A stretch of DNA of 64,000 nucleotides. Source: Myxococcota bacterium (GTDB lineage: Bacteria > Myxococcota_A > Polyangia > Nannocystales > Nannocystaceae). Location: contig JBCCHT010000055.1 of assembly GCA_039028615.1 (NCBI GenBank), positions 1 to 64,000 of the forward strand, written 5' to 3'. The notes under the pieces are model-generated. The model did no database searches, was not told the origin of the DNA, and worked only from the letters and a program-made list of their open reading frames with translations. A program made the translations under genes and the position numbers. Positions 61,171 through 64,000 of the stretch are shown here, one piece after another (the stretch's first letter is position 1; each line of letters starts with the position of its first letter).

Positions 61171-63791
61171 CCGAAACGGTGAAGTTCGAGGAGATCCTGG
61201 GCTTCCTCGAGCATGTGCCGGCCCTGCGAGGGCTCGACCCGGCGCTGCGCCGACGGCTGGCGGAAGGGCTCGAGCTGAAGCGTCACGGCGACGATGCGTC
61301 GCTGCAGCGCGGCCGACCGACTCACGCGGCGGATCCCCTTCGCTTCATCGTCCACGGGCATCTACTCCGAGGGACCGCGCTGTCGGCCGAACGAGCGGGA
61401 GGCCGCATCGCCACCGCCGGCTCGCTCGTCGGGTTGCTGGCGGTGGATGCTTGGGCACGCGCGCGCGGCCTCTTTGCTGGGGCTCGGCATGGGACCCAGG
61501 CCCGACGAGACCTGCGATGTCACGGAGCGGTGTGGGCCCTGGAGCTGCCCGCGGCGCGCTTCGACGATGTCCTCGGTTCACCGGACGCCACCGAGCTTCG
61601 CGAGCACCTGCTGCGGCTCGTCCCCGCCGATGTTCATGCGCCCCGGATCGTGGAACAACTGCGACGACAGCCCGCCTATCGTCGCGCCGATCCCCGGGCT
61701 CTCCTGCGCGTCGTGGAGCGGTCGCCATCGCGGTCTTGGCGGAGCGGAGACTCGCAGCCGGTCGATGCGGGGCACCTGCACTACGTCATCGCGGGTGCCC
61801 TGGACATCGCTGGAGACCGATACGAGCACCTGGTCGCGGGAGAGCTCGAATCCGAGGGCGCCGTGCCGAACGACGAACGAGGCCGACCTATGGAAGCGGC
61901 CGCGGGCACGATGACGGTGGACATCCCGCGCGAGGATCTCGAGCGGGTCCGCCGAGGGAGCCGCCCCGCACGGCTCCCTCATGCCACCGATCCCCGCGCC
62001 TTGCCGATGGTGGTCGTGCTCCACGACCCGGACTGCGCCCCCGATGAATGGGCGACCGAAGCGGGACACCGGGCCTTGGTCGACGCCATGGCGCAGCCCT
62101 TCGAGGAGCGGGTCGCTTCACTGCGCGTGGTCTGGTCGACGTCACCGACGGAGGTCCCCCACCCGCTGCAGCCGCCCACGCTGCTGTCGTTGGATCCGAA
62201 TGAAGCGCTCGAGCACCAGCTCGCCCGGGGGCTCATGGCGTTCGCCCGAGATTGGGGCCCCTTTTTCGATCGCGTGGTCGTCGATACGGGTGCCATCGCC
62301 GAGACCCGACGAGCCTGCGCCGCCGTCTGGCGAACCGTCGCGACGCTGCAGTGCCCCGCCACGCTGGCCTACGTCATCGACTTCGCCCGAGCCTGGGCCG
62401 AGCTCCCGCGCCGACTCGGCCTGCTCCCCCCCGTCGAGCTCGTCCCCACCGTCGTGCTGACGACACCGACCTCAGCCCCGCGACCCGACGAGCCTCCCAC
62501 CCCCTCCGACAGCGCTCGAGCGCTCGGTCGGTGGCTCGCCCGATGCACGACTCGACGCCCGGAGGCCACGCCCCCGACCCCGACCACTCCCCCGTGGCCG
62601 CTCGACGCCGTCCGGCTCTCCCCCGCCGACCTGACCCGTGCCCAACGCTGGGCCCGAGCGCTGACCTCCCGTCGCGTTGGGCTCGCCATCGGAGGCTCGG
62701 GCATCCAGTCCCTCGTCGCGCTGCCCTTGATCCGCGGCTTGGCCCAACGCGGCATCCCCATCGACCACTACGCGGGCACCAGCGTGGGCGCCTTCATCGG
62801 CGTGCTGCATGCGGCCCGGGGTGAGGCCGGACTCGAGCCCGTCGAGCACGACTGGCCGGGACTCCAGCTGGCCGTCCTCCACGGCTATCGACGCGGCGAC
62901 GCCCTCCGACGATGGCTCGCCGAGGCCACGCACGACATCGACCTGAGCGCCCTGCCCTCGCCCGCCATCGTGGTGTCGACCCGGGCGGAGACCCTCGAAG
63001 CCCACCTCCACACCTCGGGGCCCGCCGCGTGGGCCTGCCTGGCCAGCGGCTCCATGCCACCGATGGCCCCGACCTTCATCGGCGGCCGCCGATTCGTCGA
63101 CGGAGTGGTGGCCGCCGACCTCCCCGCCGCGGCCTTGCGCTCGGCCGGGGCCGCCCTGGTGCTCGGCGTCCAGGCCATGCCCCCCGTGAGCCGCGAGCCG
63201 GCGTGGGCGACCGCCGTGCAGTCGCGCCGCGGCGGTCCATGGGCCCCGCTCGCCCCCGCCCGCCGCTTCTGGGACTTCGCCCGCTCGTACCTCGCGTTCG
63301 CCCGCCGAGCTGCGCAGAGCGAGACCCCCCACGCCGACCTCGTGCTCCACGGCTCCATCGAGCACACCCTGGCCGGCTTCTTCTGGCAGGGCGCTCGCAT
63401 CGTCGACGACACCACCCGCCACGAAGACCTCGAACACACGCTGAACGCGGCCGAGGCCCACTGGCGCGCCCTGACTCGCCGCAGCCCCCGACGGGTCGAC
63501 ATCGAGCCCGATACGGGGCGTGTGCGCACGGGCGAAGCGATCGACCTGAGCCTGAGCTCGGGTGTCGAACCTCGGCCCAGCGCCGATGCTCACGCACTGC
63601 TCGCCCGCCTGCACCGCTGGCTCGAACATCGCCCCGATCTCCGCCTACGCGTCACGCTCGAGCTCGATGCCGACGCCGATCCGGCAGCGTACGAACGAGC
63701 CTTGGAGACGCTGGCCCCCAACGCCGAACGAACCATCGAGCGCGGATCCGGCCGCGCCCGCCTGCGCCTCGCCGTGGAGGCCGCCCCGTAA
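61167..63791 (+). CDS. Patatin-like phospholipase with degenerate cNMP-like N-terminal region
   Basis: GLAIGGSG, GTSVG nucleophile, ASGSMP, FVDG; N-terminus resembles NTE-type regulatory domains (weak). Confidence 0.78.
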   Translation: MTETVKFEEILGFLEHVPALRGLDPALRRRLAEGLELKRHGDDASLQRGRPTHAADPLRFIVHGHLLRGTALSAERAGGRIATAGSLVGLLAVDAWARARGLFAGARHGTQARRDLRCHGAVWALELPAARFDDVLGSPDATELREHLLRLVPADVHAPRIVEQLRRQPAYRRADPRALLRVVERSPSRSWRSGDSQPVDAGHLHYVIAGALDIAGDRYEHLVAGELESEGAVPNDERGRPMEAAAGTMTVDIPREDLERVRRGSRPARLPHATDPRALPMVVVLHDPDCAPDEWATEAGHRALVDAMAQPFEERVASLRVVWSTSPTEVPHPLQPPTLLSLDPNEALEHQLARGLMAFARDWGPFFDRVVVDTGAIAETRRACAAVWRTVATLQCPATLAYVIDFARAWAELPRRLGLLPPVELVPTVVLTTPTSAPRPDEPPTPSDSARALGRWLARCTTRRPEATPPTPTTPPWPLDAVRLSPADLTRAQRWARALTSRRVGLAIGGSGIQSLVALPLIRGLAQRGIPIDHYAGTSVGAFIGVLHAARGEAGLEPVEHDWPGLQLAVLHGYRRGDALRRWLAEATHDIDLSALPSPAIVVSTRAETLEAHLHTSGPAAWACLASGSMPPMAPTFIGGRRFVDGVVAADLPAAALRSAGAALVLGVQAMPPVSREPAWATAVQSRRGGPWAPLAPARRFWDFARSYLAFARRAAQSETPHADLVLHGSIEHTLAGFFWQGARIVDDTTRHEDLEHTLNAAEAHWRALTRRSPRRVDIEPDTGRVRTGEAIDLSLSSGVEPRPSADAHALLARLHRWLEHRPDLRLRVTLELDADADPAAYERALETLAPNAERTIERGSGRARLRLAVEAAP

Positions 63792-64000
63792 TGCACCGCG
63801 CCCTGACCACCATCGAGCGCAGCTTCTTGGCCATGGCCGAGCGCATGGTGATGAACCCCGTCGTCATGGTGCGCTGCCGCGGCACGCTGCCCCCCGATGC
63901 CCTGCGCAGCGCCATCGAACGCGTTCAGGCGCGACACGACGCGCTCCGCGTTCGAATCGTGCGCGATGCCTCCCCCTGGTTTTCGCCGCGGGGGGTGGGC
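63791..64000 (+). CDS. Partial condensation-domain/PapA5-like acyltransferase (runs off the window)
   Basis: TAATG overlap; MHRALTTIERSF...RGTLPPDALRSAIERVQARHDALRVRI matches the N-terminal pattern of this superfamily. Confidence 0.6.
   Translation, partial: MHRALTTIERSFLAMAERMVMNPVVMVRCRGTLPPDALRSAIERVQARHDALRVRIVRDASPWFSPRGVG

Overview
High-GC window that looks like a myxobacterial (Nannocystaceae/Plesiocystis-like) chromosome, judged from a MYXO-CTERM tail, Cys-rich and Thr/Gly-rich lipoproteins, Ser/Thr kinases and a DUF1592/DUF1552 pair. About 55 CDSs are supported; I recognised no rRNA, tRNA, CRISPR array or IS element. The standout is a two-gene microviridin-type graspetide (ATP-grasp RiPP) locus at 28377-31683 (-). 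Its precursor has the PFFARFL leader motif, 15 tandem TxK(Y/H)PSDxE(D/E) cores with a variable protease-specificity residue (L/R/K/Q/E) and a long Lys/Ala-rich N-terminal extension. The next gene fuses the amide ligase (MdnB/MvdC-like) and ester ligase (MdnC/MvdD-like) into one protein, with no adjacent transporter, peptidase or acetyltransferase. Other points of note are a tightly coupled lipid operon with atypical catalytic residues (56715->64000), an exported PPDK_N lipoprotein plus a collapsed copy of its 3' end, an amino-acid-type dCache receptor Ser/Thr kinase, a Tat-lipoprotein pirin, reduced LDLa repeats, and a porin whose stop codon seems lost to a 1-nt insertion. Family calls are from motif recognition only; no database searches were run.
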